Positions 9,183-18,933 of a stretch of 64,000 nt of DNA are shown one piece after another. The stretch covers positions 74,717-138,716 of the forward strand of contig CAZAYU010000001.1 of NCBI GenBank assembly GCA_964489445.1. Direction: 5' to 3'. Position 1 is the first letter of the stretch; each line of letters starts with the position of its first letter. Origin of the DNA: an uncultured Planctomycetia bacterium (GTDB taxonomy: Bacteria > Omnitrophota > Gorgyraeia > Duberdicusellales > 4484-171). The position numbers were made by a program, and so were the translations under genes. The notes under the pieces are model-generated. The model was not told the origin of the DNA, ran no database searches, and saw only the letters and a program-made list of their open reading frames with translations.

Positions 9183-9578
9183 ATGACTGAAATCTATATT
9201 GACGGAGCATCAGCCGGAAACCCTGGTCAAACAGGAATTGGTTATGTAATTTACAAAAATGGCCAAATACTAAAAAAAGGGAATGCGTCTCTGGGCATAC
9301 AAACAAATAATTTTGCTGAATATATGGCTTTGATTTTTGCCCTTGCTGAACTACTCGGCACTGATGAAAAGTCCTGCGCAGTCTTTTCCGACAGCCAACT
9401 TTTATGCGAGCAGATTAACGGAAACTTTAAGGTTAAAAATCAGAATATTTATCCATTATTTATCTTAGCAAAAAAATTAATATCTAACCTAGATTCCTTT
9501 AAAATTTCACATATCCGTAGAGAAAAAAATGAGGAAGCAGATAAGCTGGCAAAGCAAGCTACTGGATTTTTGTTGTAA
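9183..9578 (+). CDS. rnhA: Ribonuclease H (RNase HI family, short form)
   Basis: 'IYIDGASAGNPGQTGIGYVI' (first catalytic Asp), 'NNFAEYMALIFAL' (Glu), 'FSDSQLLCEQ' (Asp). 131 aa. Confidence 0.7.
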   Translation: MTEIYIDGASAGNPGQTGIGYVIYKNGQILKKGNASLGIQTNNFAEYMALIFALAELLGTDEKSCAVFSDSQLLCEQINGNFKVKNQNIYPLFILAKKLISNLDSFKISHIRREKNEEADKLAKQATGFLL

Positions 9579-9694
9579 AAAAATAATAAAAAAGTGAAAG
9601 TACAGCTGGATAGACAATATTAGATTATTTCTACATGTTGTATTTTCTGTTTCATTTTTGATCCTTTAACTTTATAAGAAACAAGGGGGTACAA

Positions 9695-10450
9695 ATGAGT
9701 GGACATTCAAAATGGGCAAGTATTAAACATAAGAAAGGTGCCGCAGATGCCAAACGTGGACGTATTTTTACTAAACTAATTCGGGAAATAACCGTTGCCG
9801 CTAAAGATGGTGGAGGAAGCCCAGAAACAAACCCCCGACTACGCACAGCAATAACCCGAGCTAACGATGCAAACATGCCTAAAGACAATATTGCAAAAGC
9901 AATAAAAAAAGGTACTGGGGAATTACCAGGAGTCAGTTATGAAAATTGCATATTTGAAGGATATGGTCCTGGAGGAGTAGCAATAATCGTTGAAGCACTA
10001 ACTGACAATAAAAATAGAGCCTCCGCAGAAATTAGAAATATTTTTACCAAACGTGGAGCTAATATGGCCGGTGCCGGAAGCGTATCTTGGATTTTCACAG
10101 CAAAAGGATATCTCCTAGTCAGCAAAGAAGAGATCGGAGAAGAAGAATTATTTTCAGTTGCGATTGACGCCGGAGCTGAGGATATTAAGGTTGATGAAAA
10201 AGTTCAAGAAGTTTTTTGTGATCCCAAAGATTTCGAAAATCTAAAAAAAGCTTTGGAAACAAAAAAAATCAAATTTGAATCTGCTGAATTAACCAAAATT
10301 CCCAACTCCACTATTAAAATAGCCGGCAATGAAGCTAAACAGCTACTTTCACTAATTGAAGTTCTCGAGGATCATGAAGATGTCCAAAAAGTTTACGCAA
10401 ATTTTGATATTCCTGATGAAGTCTTAGAAGAGCTTGCTCAAGAAATCTAA
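9695..10450 (+). CDS. yebC: YebC/PmpR family DNA-binding transcriptional regulator
   Basis: 'MSGHSKWASIKHKKGAADAKRGRIFTKLIREI' is the near-universal YebC N-terminus. 251 aa. Confidence 0.9.
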   Translation: MSGHSKWASIKHKKGAADAKRGRIFTKLIREITVAAKDGGGSPETNPRLRTAITRANDANMPKDNIAKAIKKGTGELPGVSYENCIFEGYGPGGVAIIVEALTDNKNRASAEIRNIFTKRGANMAGAGSVSWIFTAKGYLLVSKEEIGEEELFSVAIDAGAEDIKVDEKVQEVFCDPKDFENLKKALETKKIKFESAELTKIPNSTIKIAGNEAKQLLSLIEVLEDHEDVQKVYANFDIPDEVLEELAQEI

Positions 10451-10451
10451 A

Positions 10452-10952
10452 ATGATAGTGTTAGGCATTGATTTAGGATTGCGAGCTTGTGGTTATGTTG
10501 TGTGCAATTTAATAAAAATGGATATATCGCTGTTAAAAGAAGAGCAAATAACTCCTAACCCAAAAATGCCCTTGGTAAAAAGGCTAGGCTTAATTTACGA
10601 GGGGTTGTCAACAGAGATCAAACATTATTCTCCAGATGCAATCGTAGTTGAAAAACTTTATTCTCATTATCGCCATCCAGTAACATTAGGAGTGTTAGCC
10701 CAAGTAAAAGGAGCTATCGAGATTTTAGCTTATCAAACAAAAACAAACATATTTGAATATTCTCCGACTAGAGCGAGAAAATCATTTCTCGGAAGAGGAA
10801 ATGTTAACTCCCAACAAGTTAAGAAAATGGCTGAAAACGTTATGGGAATTCCATTTAAATCAATTCATACCGCTGATGCATTCTCTTTAATCGTCGCATT
10901 TTCACACGAGCAAAAAATAAAAAGAATAGCCTCAACGCTAAAGCATAATTAA
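10452..10952 (+). CDS. ruvC: Holliday-junction resolvase RuvC
   Basis: 'MIVLGIDLGLRACGY' (RuvC catalytic Asp in 'GIDLG'). I placed the start at the internal Met just after the yebC stop rather than the ORF-track start at 10434. This keeps the conserved yebC-ruvC linkage. Confidence 0.85.
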   Translation: MIVLGIDLGLRACGYVVCNLIKMDISLLKEEQITPNPKMPLVKRLGLIYEGLSTEIKHYSPDAIVVEKLYSHYRHPVTLGVLAQVKGAIEILAYQTKTNIFEYSPTRARKSFLGRGNVNSQQVKKMAENVMGIPFKSIHTADAFSLIVAFSHEQKIKRIASTLKHN

Positions 10953-10986
10953 AATAGAAAAATGCATTAACCAATAAGGATGTACT

Positions 10987-11595
10987 TTGATTTATCAAAT
11001 TAAAGGAAAGTTAATCAAGAAAAGTAAAGAGCATGTTATCGTTCAGTTAAATAACATGCTGTATAGGATATCTATCCCCGAAACTGTATCCAGTAATATA
11101 TTACCCGGCCAAGAAGAAATAAGTCTAGTTATATACCATTACATCAATATTGACAAAAATAGAGGTATTCCCGTTTTAATCGGTTTTCTTGATGAGCTAG
11201 AACGAGATTTTTTTGAAAAATTTATCAGCGTATCAGGCGTAGGGCCTAAGGCCGCCCTGAAAGCTTTCAACAAGCCAGTCGCTCAAATGGCTCAGGCAAT
11301 TGAAGAAGGAGATACCAATTTTCTAAAAACACTAGCCGGAATCGGACTGCAAAAAGCTAAACAGATTATTGCCCACCTTCAAGGAAAAGTAGGAAGGTTT
11401 GCTTTGATGAAAGAAGCAAAAATCACATACCAAACAAACAACACCGAGATACTTGAAGAAACAAAAAAAATACTCAAACGTCTTCAGTACAACGAAAAAG
11501 AAATCACCAGTATGATAGAATCAGCCTTAAAGGATACCCCAGATGTCACCAGCAGCGAAGAATTACTGAACAAAATATACCAGCAAAAACGATAA
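10987..11595 (+). CDS. ruvA: Holliday-junction DNA helicase subunit RuvA
   Basis: N-terminal OB domain, 'FISVSGVGPKAALKAF' helix-hairpin-helix, C-terminal RuvB-interaction domain. 202 aa. Confidence 0.85.
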   Translation: MIYQIKGKLIKKSKEHVIVQLNNMLYRISIPETVSSNILPGQEEISLVIYHYINIDKNRGIPVLIGFLDELERDFFEKFISVSGVGPKAALKAFNKPVAQMAQAIEEGDTNFLKTLAGIGLQKAKQIIAHLQGKVGRFALMKEAKITYQTNNTEILEETKKILKRLQYNEKEITSMIESALKDTPDVTSSEELLNKIYQQKR

Positions 11596-12176
11596 TGGAA
11601 AAAAACACGCTAAAATCAATATTGGAATCATTATTATTTATTAACGAAAAACCAATATCTATCAGCGAGTTAACACAAATTATTGATGTCCAAAAAAATG
11701 AGATTGAAAGCAACTTAACAGAGCTCATTGATGAATATTCAGAACGTAAAACCGGTATATGCATTGTTAGAATTGCCGGAGGATATCAAATGTGCTCAAC
11801 TCCTGATAATTCTCCCTGGGTAAAAAAGATGTACCAGGAACGCAACAAACAGAAACTCTCTATCGCTTCTCTAGAAACCCTAGCTATTGTCGCCTATAAG
11901 CAGCCAATAACGCGTATTGAAATAGAGGCAATAAGAGGGGTTAAAGTAGACGCAATGACACGAAAACTCTCTGAGCTAGGCTTAATAAAAATAGCTGGCA
12001 AAAAAGATGTTATTGGTAAACCATTCCTTTATATAACTACTAGAAACTTTTTAGAGTATTTTGGTATAAACTCTTTGAAGGAACTGCCGAGTCTAGAAGA
12101 GTTTACTGCAATAGTACCACAAAATAATACCCATAATAACATTATTAACCCTCAGCAAGAAAAAGAGGAGAATTGA
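11595..12176 (+). CDS. scpB: Segregation and condensation protein B (ScpB)
   Basis: 'LESLLFINEKPISISELTQI' and a second winged helix 'LETLAIVAYKQPITRIEIEAIRGV' are typical of the ScpB tandem wHTH. Its start overlaps the ruvA stop (TAATG). Confidence 0.75.
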   Translation: MEKNTLKSILESLLFINEKPISISELTQIIDVQKNEIESNLTELIDEYSERKTGICIVRIAGGYQMCSTPDNSPWVKKMYQERNKQKLSIASLETLAIVAYKQPITRIEIEAIRGVKVDAMTRKLSELGLIKIAGKKDVIGKPFLYITTRNFLEYFGINSLKELPSLEEFTAIVPQNNTHNNIINPQQEKEEN

Positions 12177-12179
12177 ACG

Positions 12180-13319
12180 ATGAAAAACTATTTTGCTTCT
12201 GAATCAGTAACCGAAGGCCACCCAGATAAAGTCTGTGACCAAATATCTGATGCAGTGTTAGATGCTGTTTTAGATTGTGACACCCAAGGACGCGTCGCCT
12301 GCGAAACATTAGTAACAAGAGGCTTTGTGATGGTTGCTGGTGAAATTACGACAGAATGTTATGTAAAAATACCTAACGTGGTAAGAAAAGTACTAAGAGA
12401 TATCGGGTACGATGACCCACGTACAGGATTTGACTATGAAAGCTGCGGAGTTACCACTGCAATTCAAGAGCAATCTCCAGACATTGCATTAGGAGTAGAT
12501 ACCGGGGGAGCGGGAGATCAGGGATTAATGTTTGGCTTTGCTAATTCTGAAACTCCAGAGTTAATGCCTCTTCCAATAATGCTTGCCCATAAACTATCTC
12601 GTAGGCTCGCTCAATTAAGAAAAGAGGGAACACTCTCTTATTTGCGCCCTGACGGAAAATCACAAGTTTCTGTTGAATATGAAAACGGCATTCCGAAAAG
12701 AATCGATGCAATAATAATCGGGGCCCACCACACCAGGCAAACAAAAATGGAAGAGCTAAGACGCGACATTAAGAAATTAGTAATAGATGAAACAATCTCA
12801 CCAGAAATGATTGATGTAAATACAAAAATATTTATTAACGGCACAGGGCGTTTTGAAGTTGGCGGCCCAGTATCTGACACCGGAGTTACCGGAAGAAAAA
12901 TCATTGTTGATACATACGGAGGCTTTGCTCGACATGGTGGAGGCGCTTTTTCAGGAAAAGACCCAACAAAGGTAGACCGATCCGCCTCATACATGGCCCG
13001 CTACATCGCAAAAAATATTGTTAAGTCCAAAGCCGCTACGGCCTGCGAAATACAACTTTCATATTGTATTGGCGTCGCCGAACCAGTATCTGTAAATGTA
13101 GACACCTTCGGCACGGGAAAGGTAAATGATCAAAAAATATCGAAAGTAGTTAGACAGATTTTTAAACTCACCCCCGCAGGGATAATTCAAGAGCTGAATT
13201 TGCTACGACCTGTCTACACTCAAACAGCTGCTTACGGGCACTTTGGACGAGAGGAAAATGGGTTTACTTGGGAAAACACAGACAAAGCTGCTGATCTAAA
13301 ACATGCTTTAGATACCTAA
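12180..13319 (+). CDS. metK: S-adenosylmethionine synthetase
   Basis: '[24 protein letters not shown]' and '[17 protein letters not shown]' are MetK signatures. 379 aa. Confidence 0.95.
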   Translation: MKNYFASESVTEGHPDKVCDQISDAVLDAVLDCDTQGRVACETLVTRGFVMVAGEITTECYVKIPNVVRKVLRDIGYDDPRTGFDYESCGVTTAIQEQSPDIALGVDTGGAGDQGLMFGFANSETPELMPLPIMLAHKLSRRLAQLRKEGTLSYLRPDGKSQVSVEYENGIPKRIDAIIIGAHHTRQTKMEELRRDIKKLVIDETISPEMIDVNTKIFINGTGRFEVGGPVSDTGVTGRKIIVDTYGGFARHGGGAFSGKDPTKVDRSASYMARYIAKNIVKSKAATACEIQLSYCIGVAEPVSVNVDTFGTGKVNDQKISKVVRQIFKLTPAGIIQELNLLRPVYTQTAAYGHFGREENGFTWENTDKAADLKHALDT

Positions 13320-13338
13320 ATTTAACAAAAGGAGTTTT

Positions 13339-14601
13339 ATGAACTACCATATTAAAGACAAACAACTAAAAACCAGCGGCAAGAAACGGATAGAATGGGC
13401 AGTCAAAAGAATGCCAGTATTAGAAACAATCAGGGAAAAATTTCGAAAAAATAAGCCTTTAAAAAATTTAAATATCGGTGCATGCTTACACGTTACTACT
13501 GAAACTGCGGCTCTAGCTATAACTATTAAAGCTGCCGGTGCTAATTTTTCTTTGTGCGCTTCAAATCCTTTGTCTACTCAAGATGATACAGCAGCTTCAT
13601 TAGTATTTGACTACGGAATAAATGTATACGCAATTAATTCTGAAAATAATAAAACTTATTATCAGCACATTGATACAGTTCTCAAATCAAAGCCGCAAAT
13701 AACTCTTGACGATGGAGCAGACTTAGTCTCCACTATCCACAAAAGAGCCGTAAACAATACTTCATCTTATCTGCCATGGGGAAGCACTGAAGAAACGACT
13801 ACCGGAGTAATCCGTTTAAAAGCGTTACAAAAAGAAGGACGACTACTCTACCCAGTTATTGCTGTAAACGATGCTTACACTAAACATCTTTTTGATAATC
13901 GCTATGGAACCGGACAATCTACTCTTGATGGAATAATAAGAGCCACAAATAAATTAATTGCCGGGTCAACGGTAGTTATCTGCGGTTACGGATTTTGTGG
14001 AAAAGGAGTTGCTTTACGTTCCAGAGGACTAGGTGCTAACGTAATCGTCTGTGAGGTTGACCATTTAAAAGCACTAGAAGCAATTATGGACGGCTTTCGT
14101 GTAATGCCAATGATTCAAGCTGCAAAAATCGGGAACATATTTATAACTCTGACCGGGGATATAAACGTTATCGCCAAACAACACTTCCCGTTAATGAAAA
14201 GTGGCGCATTTGTAGCTAATTCCGGACATTTTGATGTAGAAATAGATATTAAAAGCTTACAGAAAATGGCTATAAGAAAAAAAGAGATTAAACCACTACT
14301 TACTGAATACACTCTTAAAAATAATCGAAAAATTTATTTGTTAGGAGAAGGAAGGCTAGTTAATCTTGCTTGCGCAGAAGGACACCCGGCAGAAGTAATG
14401 GATTTAAGTTTCGCCAACCAAGCATTAAGCTGTGAATTTATCGCCAAACAGCACAAAACTCTAGAAAAAAAAGTTTACAAAGTCCCCGATGTGATAGATA
14501 ATAATATCGCTAAATTAAAACTAGCAGCGTTCGATGTTAAGATTGACAAATTGACTCCCGAACAAAAAAAATACTTATCAAGCTGGCAAGAAGGAACTTA
14601 A
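13339..14601 (+). CDS. ahcY: Adenosylhomocysteinase (SAH hydrolase)
   Basis: NAD-binding 'VICGYGFCGKGVALRSRGLGANVIVCEVD'. 420 aa. The metK neighbour makes this an activated-methyl-cycle pair. Confidence 0.9.
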   Translation: MNYHIKDKQLKTSGKKRIEWAVKRMPVLETIREKFRKNKPLKNLNIGACLHVTTETAALAITIKAAGANFSLCASNPLSTQDDTAASLVFDYGINVYAINSENNKTYYQHIDTVLKSKPQITLDDGADLVSTIHKRAVNNTSSYLPWGSTEETTTGVIRLKALQKEGRLLYPVIAVNDAYTKHLFDNRYGTGQSTLDGIIRATNKLIAGSTVVICGYGFCGKGVALRSRGLGANVIVCEVDHLKALEAIMDGFRVMPMIQAAKIGNIFITLTGDINVIAKQHFPLMKSGAFVANSGHFDVEIDIKSLQKMAIRKKEIKPLLTEYTLKNNRKIYLLGEGRLVNLACAEGHPAEVMDLSFANQALSCEFIAKQHKTLEKKVYKVPDVIDNNIAKLKLAAFDVKIDKLTPEQKKYLSSWQEGT

Positions 14602-14633
14602 TGCGTCAGCATTTTAAAAATATTTTTTAAAGT

Positions 14634-15587
14634 ATGAAACGAATCGGAATTTTAACAAGAGATTGTGCCGGAATTAATGCCTGTATCCGGGCAGTAGTAA
14701 GAACTGCTTCTTCTTTCGGCGTTGAGACTATAGGCATCATGAGAGGATACCAAGGGCTTATTGACAACAACGTACGTCTTTTAGACCGTCGGTCAGTATC
14801 CGGAATTATTAATCTCGGAGGAACGATCTTAAAAACAGCCCGTGCATATCGCTTCAAGACTCATCAGGGGCAAGCTCAAGCACTTAAGACAATAAAAGAA
14901 AACAAACTTGAAGGATTAATAGTTATCGGAGGCAACGGCTCTCTAACTGGAGCTCATGTTTTGGCCACAAAGTACAATATTAAAACCATTGGCATCCCAG
15001 CAACAATCGATAACGATATAAATAATGTAGAAATGTCTATCGGTGCTGACACAGCGGTTAATGTTGCCATGGACGCTCTGGATAAGATAAGAGACACCGC
15101 AACCTCCCTGGAAAGAATATTCGTAGTAGAAGTTATGGGGCGTGATTGCGGATATATTGCATTAAGGGTAGCCTTAGCCGGAGGATGTGAAGAGGTAATC
15201 TTACCAGAAAAAAATTATAGCATGAAAAAAATCTGTAATGAAATCATTGAAGGTAACGTAAAAGGAAAAGTCAGCTGGATAATTGTTGTCGCCGAAGGAA
15301 AAGCAAAAGCCGCAAACATTGCTGACAAGATTACTAAAACCACTGGACTTGAAACAAAAACCGTTGTCCTGGGGCACATCCAGCGAGGAGGATCTCCTTT
15401 AGCCTTTGACCGTTTGATTGCTGCTCGTTACGCTAACTATGCTTTTAATTTGCTAAAGAAAAATAAAAGCAATTGTTGTGTGACAATTAAAAACGGAAAA
15501 CTAACTACCATCCCTTTAGCTGTCGCCATTAAGCATAAAGATATTGGGATTGAGGAAAACTACAAGCTAATAAAATTATTGACTTAG
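14634..15587 (+). CDS. pfkA: 6-phosphofructokinase family protein, paralogue 1. The nucleotide-binding loop is atypical.
   Basis: 'TIDNDI' catalytic motif, 'VVEVMGRDCGY' and 'LGHIQRGGSP' are conserved. The canonical 'GGDxPGMN' loop is 'RDCAGIN', and 'GGDGS' is 'GGNGS'. Confidence 0.85.
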   Translation: MKRIGILTRDCAGINACIRAVVRTASSFGVETIGIMRGYQGLIDNNVRLLDRRSVSGIINLGGTILKTARAYRFKTHQGQAQALKTIKENKLEGLIVIGGNGSLTGAHVLATKYNIKTIGIPATIDNDINNVEMSIGADTAVNVAMDALDKIRDTATSLERIFVVEVMGRDCGYIALRVALAGGCEEVILPEKNYSMKKICNEIIEGNVKGKVSWIIVVAEGKAKAANIADKITKTTGLETKTVVLGHIQRGGSPLAFDRLIAARYANYAFNLLKKNKSNCCVTIKNGKLTTIPLAVAIKHKDIGIEENYKLIKLLT

Positions 15588-15614
15588 ACTATACTTACCA
15601 AATAAGGAGGAAAA

Positions 15615-17018
15615 ATGGTTTATCAAGATGAGAATGCATTATTTGACGGAATTATTTTAGCCGAAGAAAACGATAAAGTAATTATTAAAGATGCTGTTGC
15701 TTTTCGTGAAAGCGTAATTGACAATCTCGTTGACACGATGATTCTTAGCGAAAACGCACACATGAGAAAAACTTGTTATTGGGTAACCTACAATGCTTGC
15801 CGTCAATTTAATGTGTATTTTTCCTCAATTCAAGGACTATACGAGGCTATGGGGAAAAAGGAAGTAAAAGGGTTTACTGTCCCAGCAATGAACATTCGAA
15901 CCCTCACGTTTGATTTAGCCAAAACTATTTTTCGCTCAGCAAGTAGAATCAATGCTGCAGCTTTTATTTTTGAGATAGCAAAAAGCGAAATTAGTTACAC
16001 TGGCCAACGCCCGATAGAGTATTCAAGCATTATCGCATTAGCCGCTATAAAAGAAAATTATCAGGGGCCAATTTTTATTCAAGGCGACCATTTCCAAGTA
16101 AAAGCCACTAGCTATTTAAAAAATAAAGAATCAGAGATTACTCCATTAAAAGAATTAATAAAAGAAGCCATCGAATCCTTTTTTTATAACATCGATATTG
16201 ACACATCAACTCTTGTTGACCTATCAAAGCAAACATTAGACGAACAGCAAGGGCTCAACTATCAAGTTTGCTCAGAAATTACTAAGCATATTAGAAATTT
16301 ACAACCAGAGGGAATCGAAGTATCAATCGGTGGAGAAATAGGTGAGGTAGGCGGAAAAAATTCTACCCCTGAAGAATTAAATGCTTTTATGTCTGGCTAC
16401 TTAAAAGAAGTGACTGATTGCAAAGGAATTTCAAAAATCAGTATTCAAACTGGAACCAGCCACGGCGGTGTAGTTTTGCCGGACGGATCAATAGCCAAGG
16501 TAAGTATTGATTTTGACACACTAAAGAATTTATCAGAGATATCAAGAGAAAAATACTTAATGGCCGGAGCAGTGCAGCACGGCGCATCAACACTACCAAA
16601 TGAAGCCTTTCACAGATTTTCAGAAATTGAATGTGCAGAAATTCATCTTGCCACTCAATTTCAAAATATGGTTTACGACCATCTCCCACTTCCATTAAAA
16701 GAGAAAATCTATACTTGGCTCCATGAAAACGCAGCGGCAGAAAAAAAACCAGATTGGACCGACGACCAATTTATTTACAAAACAAGAAAAAAAGCACTTG
16801 GCCCATTTAAAAAAGAAATTCACTCTTTGCCAAAAGAAATTAAAAACAATATTTCTGGTTTTTTGGAAAAAGAATTTTCCTTTTTGTTTGATCAACTTAA
16901 AATTAAGGACACTAAAGAAGTAGTAAACAAATTCATAAAGCCTGTGTTTATTGAGAAAAGTAAATCATATTTTTTAAAGGAAGAAAAAGATCTTGGGGTG
17001 TTAGAAGGAGCTGATTAA
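15615..17018 (+). CDS. Class II (metal-dependent) fructose/ketose-bisphosphate aldolase family protein, long form (467 aa)
   Basis: 'PIFIQGDHFQ' (cf. HxDH), 'IGGEIGEVGGKN' (cf. ELGxxGGxED), 'IQTGTSHGGV' (cf. FGNVHGVY), 'GAVQHGAST' (cf. HGGSG). It lies immediately downstream of pfk. Confidence 0.5.
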   Translation: MVYQDENALFDGIILAEENDKVIIKDAVAFRESVIDNLVDTMILSENAHMRKTCYWVTYNACRQFNVYFSSIQGLYEAMGKKEVKGFTVPAMNIRTLTFDLAKTIFRSASRINAAAFIFEIAKSEISYTGQRPIEYSSIIALAAIKENYQGPIFIQGDHFQVKATSYLKNKESEITPLKELIKEAIESFFYNIDIDTSTLVDLSKQTLDEQQGLNYQVCSEITKHIRNLQPEGIEVSIGGEIGEVGGKNSTPEELNAFMSGYLKEVTDCKGISKISIQTGTSHGGVVLPDGSIAKVSIDFDTLKNLSEISREKYLMAGAVQHGASTLPNEAFHRFSEIECAEIHLATQFQNMVYDHLPLPLKEKIYTWLHENAAAEKKPDWTDDQFIYKTRKKALGPFKKEIHSLPKEIKNNISGFLEKEFSFLFDQLKIKDTKEVVNKFIKPVFIEKSKSYFLKEEKDLGVLEGAD

Positions 17019-17175
17019 GAAACATAATTAACAAAACACAGCCTATCTAGCAGAAAATGTTGGAAGATTATCCTTTGTAATTTTCTAACATTACAATAGA
17101 AATACTGCAGACAGGCGCTAACTAGACTTAAACATTTTTTCAATAAATGCTTGAGTCTTCTCGAGGGAATAAAAA

Positions 17176-18840
17176 ATGATGCGTTCAGACAGATGTAAAA
17201 AAGGTTTAGAAAGAATGCCTAACCGGGCTTTACTCTACGGTACCGGATTACACACATCACATATAAATCGGCCATTTATCGGAATTGCTTCTGCTTTTAG
17301 CGATCTTATCCCTGGACATATTAATATGCGCTCTTTAGAAAGATATATCGAGAGAGGTGTTGAAAACAAAAATGGAACTCCATTTATTTTTGGTGTTCCC
17401 GGAATATGTGACGGGATTGCTATGGGACATCCAGGAATGAAACAGTCACTACCTTCAAGAGAATTAATTGCGGATATCATCGAAAGCATTTCCCATGCCC
17501 ACGCTTTTGATGGACTAATACTCCTTACAAACTGCGACAAAATAACCCCAGGAATGATAATCGGATCTTTAAGGGTTAATATCCCCACTATTGTAGTAAC
17601 AGCCGGTCCAATGTTAGCTGGACATTTCGGTAAGAAAAGACTTTCGTTGGTAAGAGACACTTTTGAAGCCGTTGGGCGATTTAAATCCGGAGAAATCGAT
17701 GAGCTGGAAAGAGAAAAATTAGAAATTGAGGCTTGCCCGTCGTGCGGTTCATGCCAAGGACTATATACCGCGAACACAATGGCTTGTTTAACCGAAGCAA
17801 TGGGCCTTTCGTTACCTTATTGTGCTGCAACCCCTGCCGTTTTAAATAAAAAATTACGTATCGCCTACGAAAGTGGACAAACAATAGTTCAACTAATCAA
17901 AGATGATATAAAACCCAAGAGTATTGTTAATCAAAAATCAATAAAAAACGCCATCCGTGTTGATATGGCTTTAGGCGGTTCAACCAATACAGTATTGCAT
18001 CTTGCCGCCATCGCTAAAGAAGCAGGCGTAAAGCTAGAATTAAAGGATTTTGATCGAATCAGCAAGGATACCCCGCACATTTCTAATTTAAGACCCGGGG
18101 GGAACTATTTTATGGAAGACTTAGACCACGCTGGTGGAATACCTGCCGTCTTAAAACGTCTTTCTGGCAAAATAATCGACAACCCTACAATTTGCGGAAA
18201 AACAATAAAAAAAATATCAAGCAAAGCAACTATCTACGATAATGATATTATTCGCCCTCACGGAAAAGTGCACCATAAAGAAGGAGGTATAGCAATCCTC
18301 TTCGGTAACCTAGCAACCGAGGGTTGCGTTGTAAAGCAATCGGCTGTTGAACCAAAGATGATGAAGTTCAACGGAAAAGCGCGGATATTTAATTCTGAAG
18401 AAGAAGCAATGAATGCAATCCTCGGAAAAAAAATTAAAAAAGGTGAAGTTATCGTTATTAGGTACGAAGGCCCAAGTGGAGGACCAGGGATGAGAGAAAT
18501 GCTCTCACCGACGTCAGCCATCGTAGGAATGAAACTCCATAATGACGTTGCGTTAATTACTGACGGACGTTTCTCCGGAGGAACTCGTGGCCCATGTATC
18601 GGCCATATCTCTCCAGAAGCAGCAAAAGGAGGATTAATCGCCTATCTAAAAAATAATGATATAATCACTATTGATATTCCTAAACGCAAAATTAATGTTA
18701 AACTGACTGAAAAAGAAATTAAAATAAGAAAGAATACAATAAAGATTTTACCTCCTAAAATAAAATCCGGATATTTATCTCGTTATTCAAAAATGGTCGG
18801 TTCTGCATCTGAGGGAGCTGTCTTGAGTGAATTTAAATAA
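17176..18840 (+). CDS. ilvD: Dihydroxy-acid dehydratase (IlvD/EDD family)
   Basis: 'CDKITPGM' Fe-S ligand motif, '[18 protein letters not shown]', '[11 protein letters not shown]'. 554 aa. Confidence 0.9.
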   Translation: MMRSDRCKKGLERMPNRALLYGTGLHTSHINRPFIGIASAFSDLIPGHINMRSLERYIERGVENKNGTPFIFGVPGICDGIAMGHPGMKQSLPSRELIADIIESISHAHAFDGLILLTNCDKITPGMIIGSLRVNIPTIVVTAGPMLAGHFGKKRLSLVRDTFEAVGRFKSGEIDELEREKLEIEACPSCGSCQGLYTANTMACLTEAMGLSLPYCAATPAVLNKKLRIAYESGQTIVQLIKDDIKPKSIVNQKSIKNAIRVDMALGGSTNTVLHLAAIAKEAGVKLELKDFDRISKDTPHISNLRPGGNYFMEDLDHAGGIPAVLKRLSGKIIDNPTICGKTIKKISSKATIYDNDIIRPHGKVHHKEGGIAILFGNLATEGCVVKQSAVEPKMMKFNGKARIFNSEEEAMNAILGKKIKKGEVIVIRYEGPSGGPGMREMLSPTSAIVGMKLHNDVALITDGRFSGGTRGPCIGHISPEAAKGGLIAYLKNNDIITIDIPKRKINVKLTEKEIKIRKNTIKILPPKIKSGYLSRYSKMVGSASEGAVLSEFK

Positions 18841-18933
18841 TAGAAATCGTAAAGTCCTTCACTATAGCGCAATAGGAACAGTTTCCTATTGACATTCATC
18901 TTACCCTTTGCTATGATTATTACCATGAGAGTT

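Noticed and set aside
12180-12190. SAM riboswitch upstream of metK
   Set aside because: metK starts 3 nt after the scpB stop, so there is no leader in which a riboswitch could reside.
16695-16923. Two 66-aa ORFs (both strands) inside the aldolase-like gene
   Set aside because: They are K/F-rich products of an A-rich stretch, embedded in a longer ORF that has aldolase motifs.
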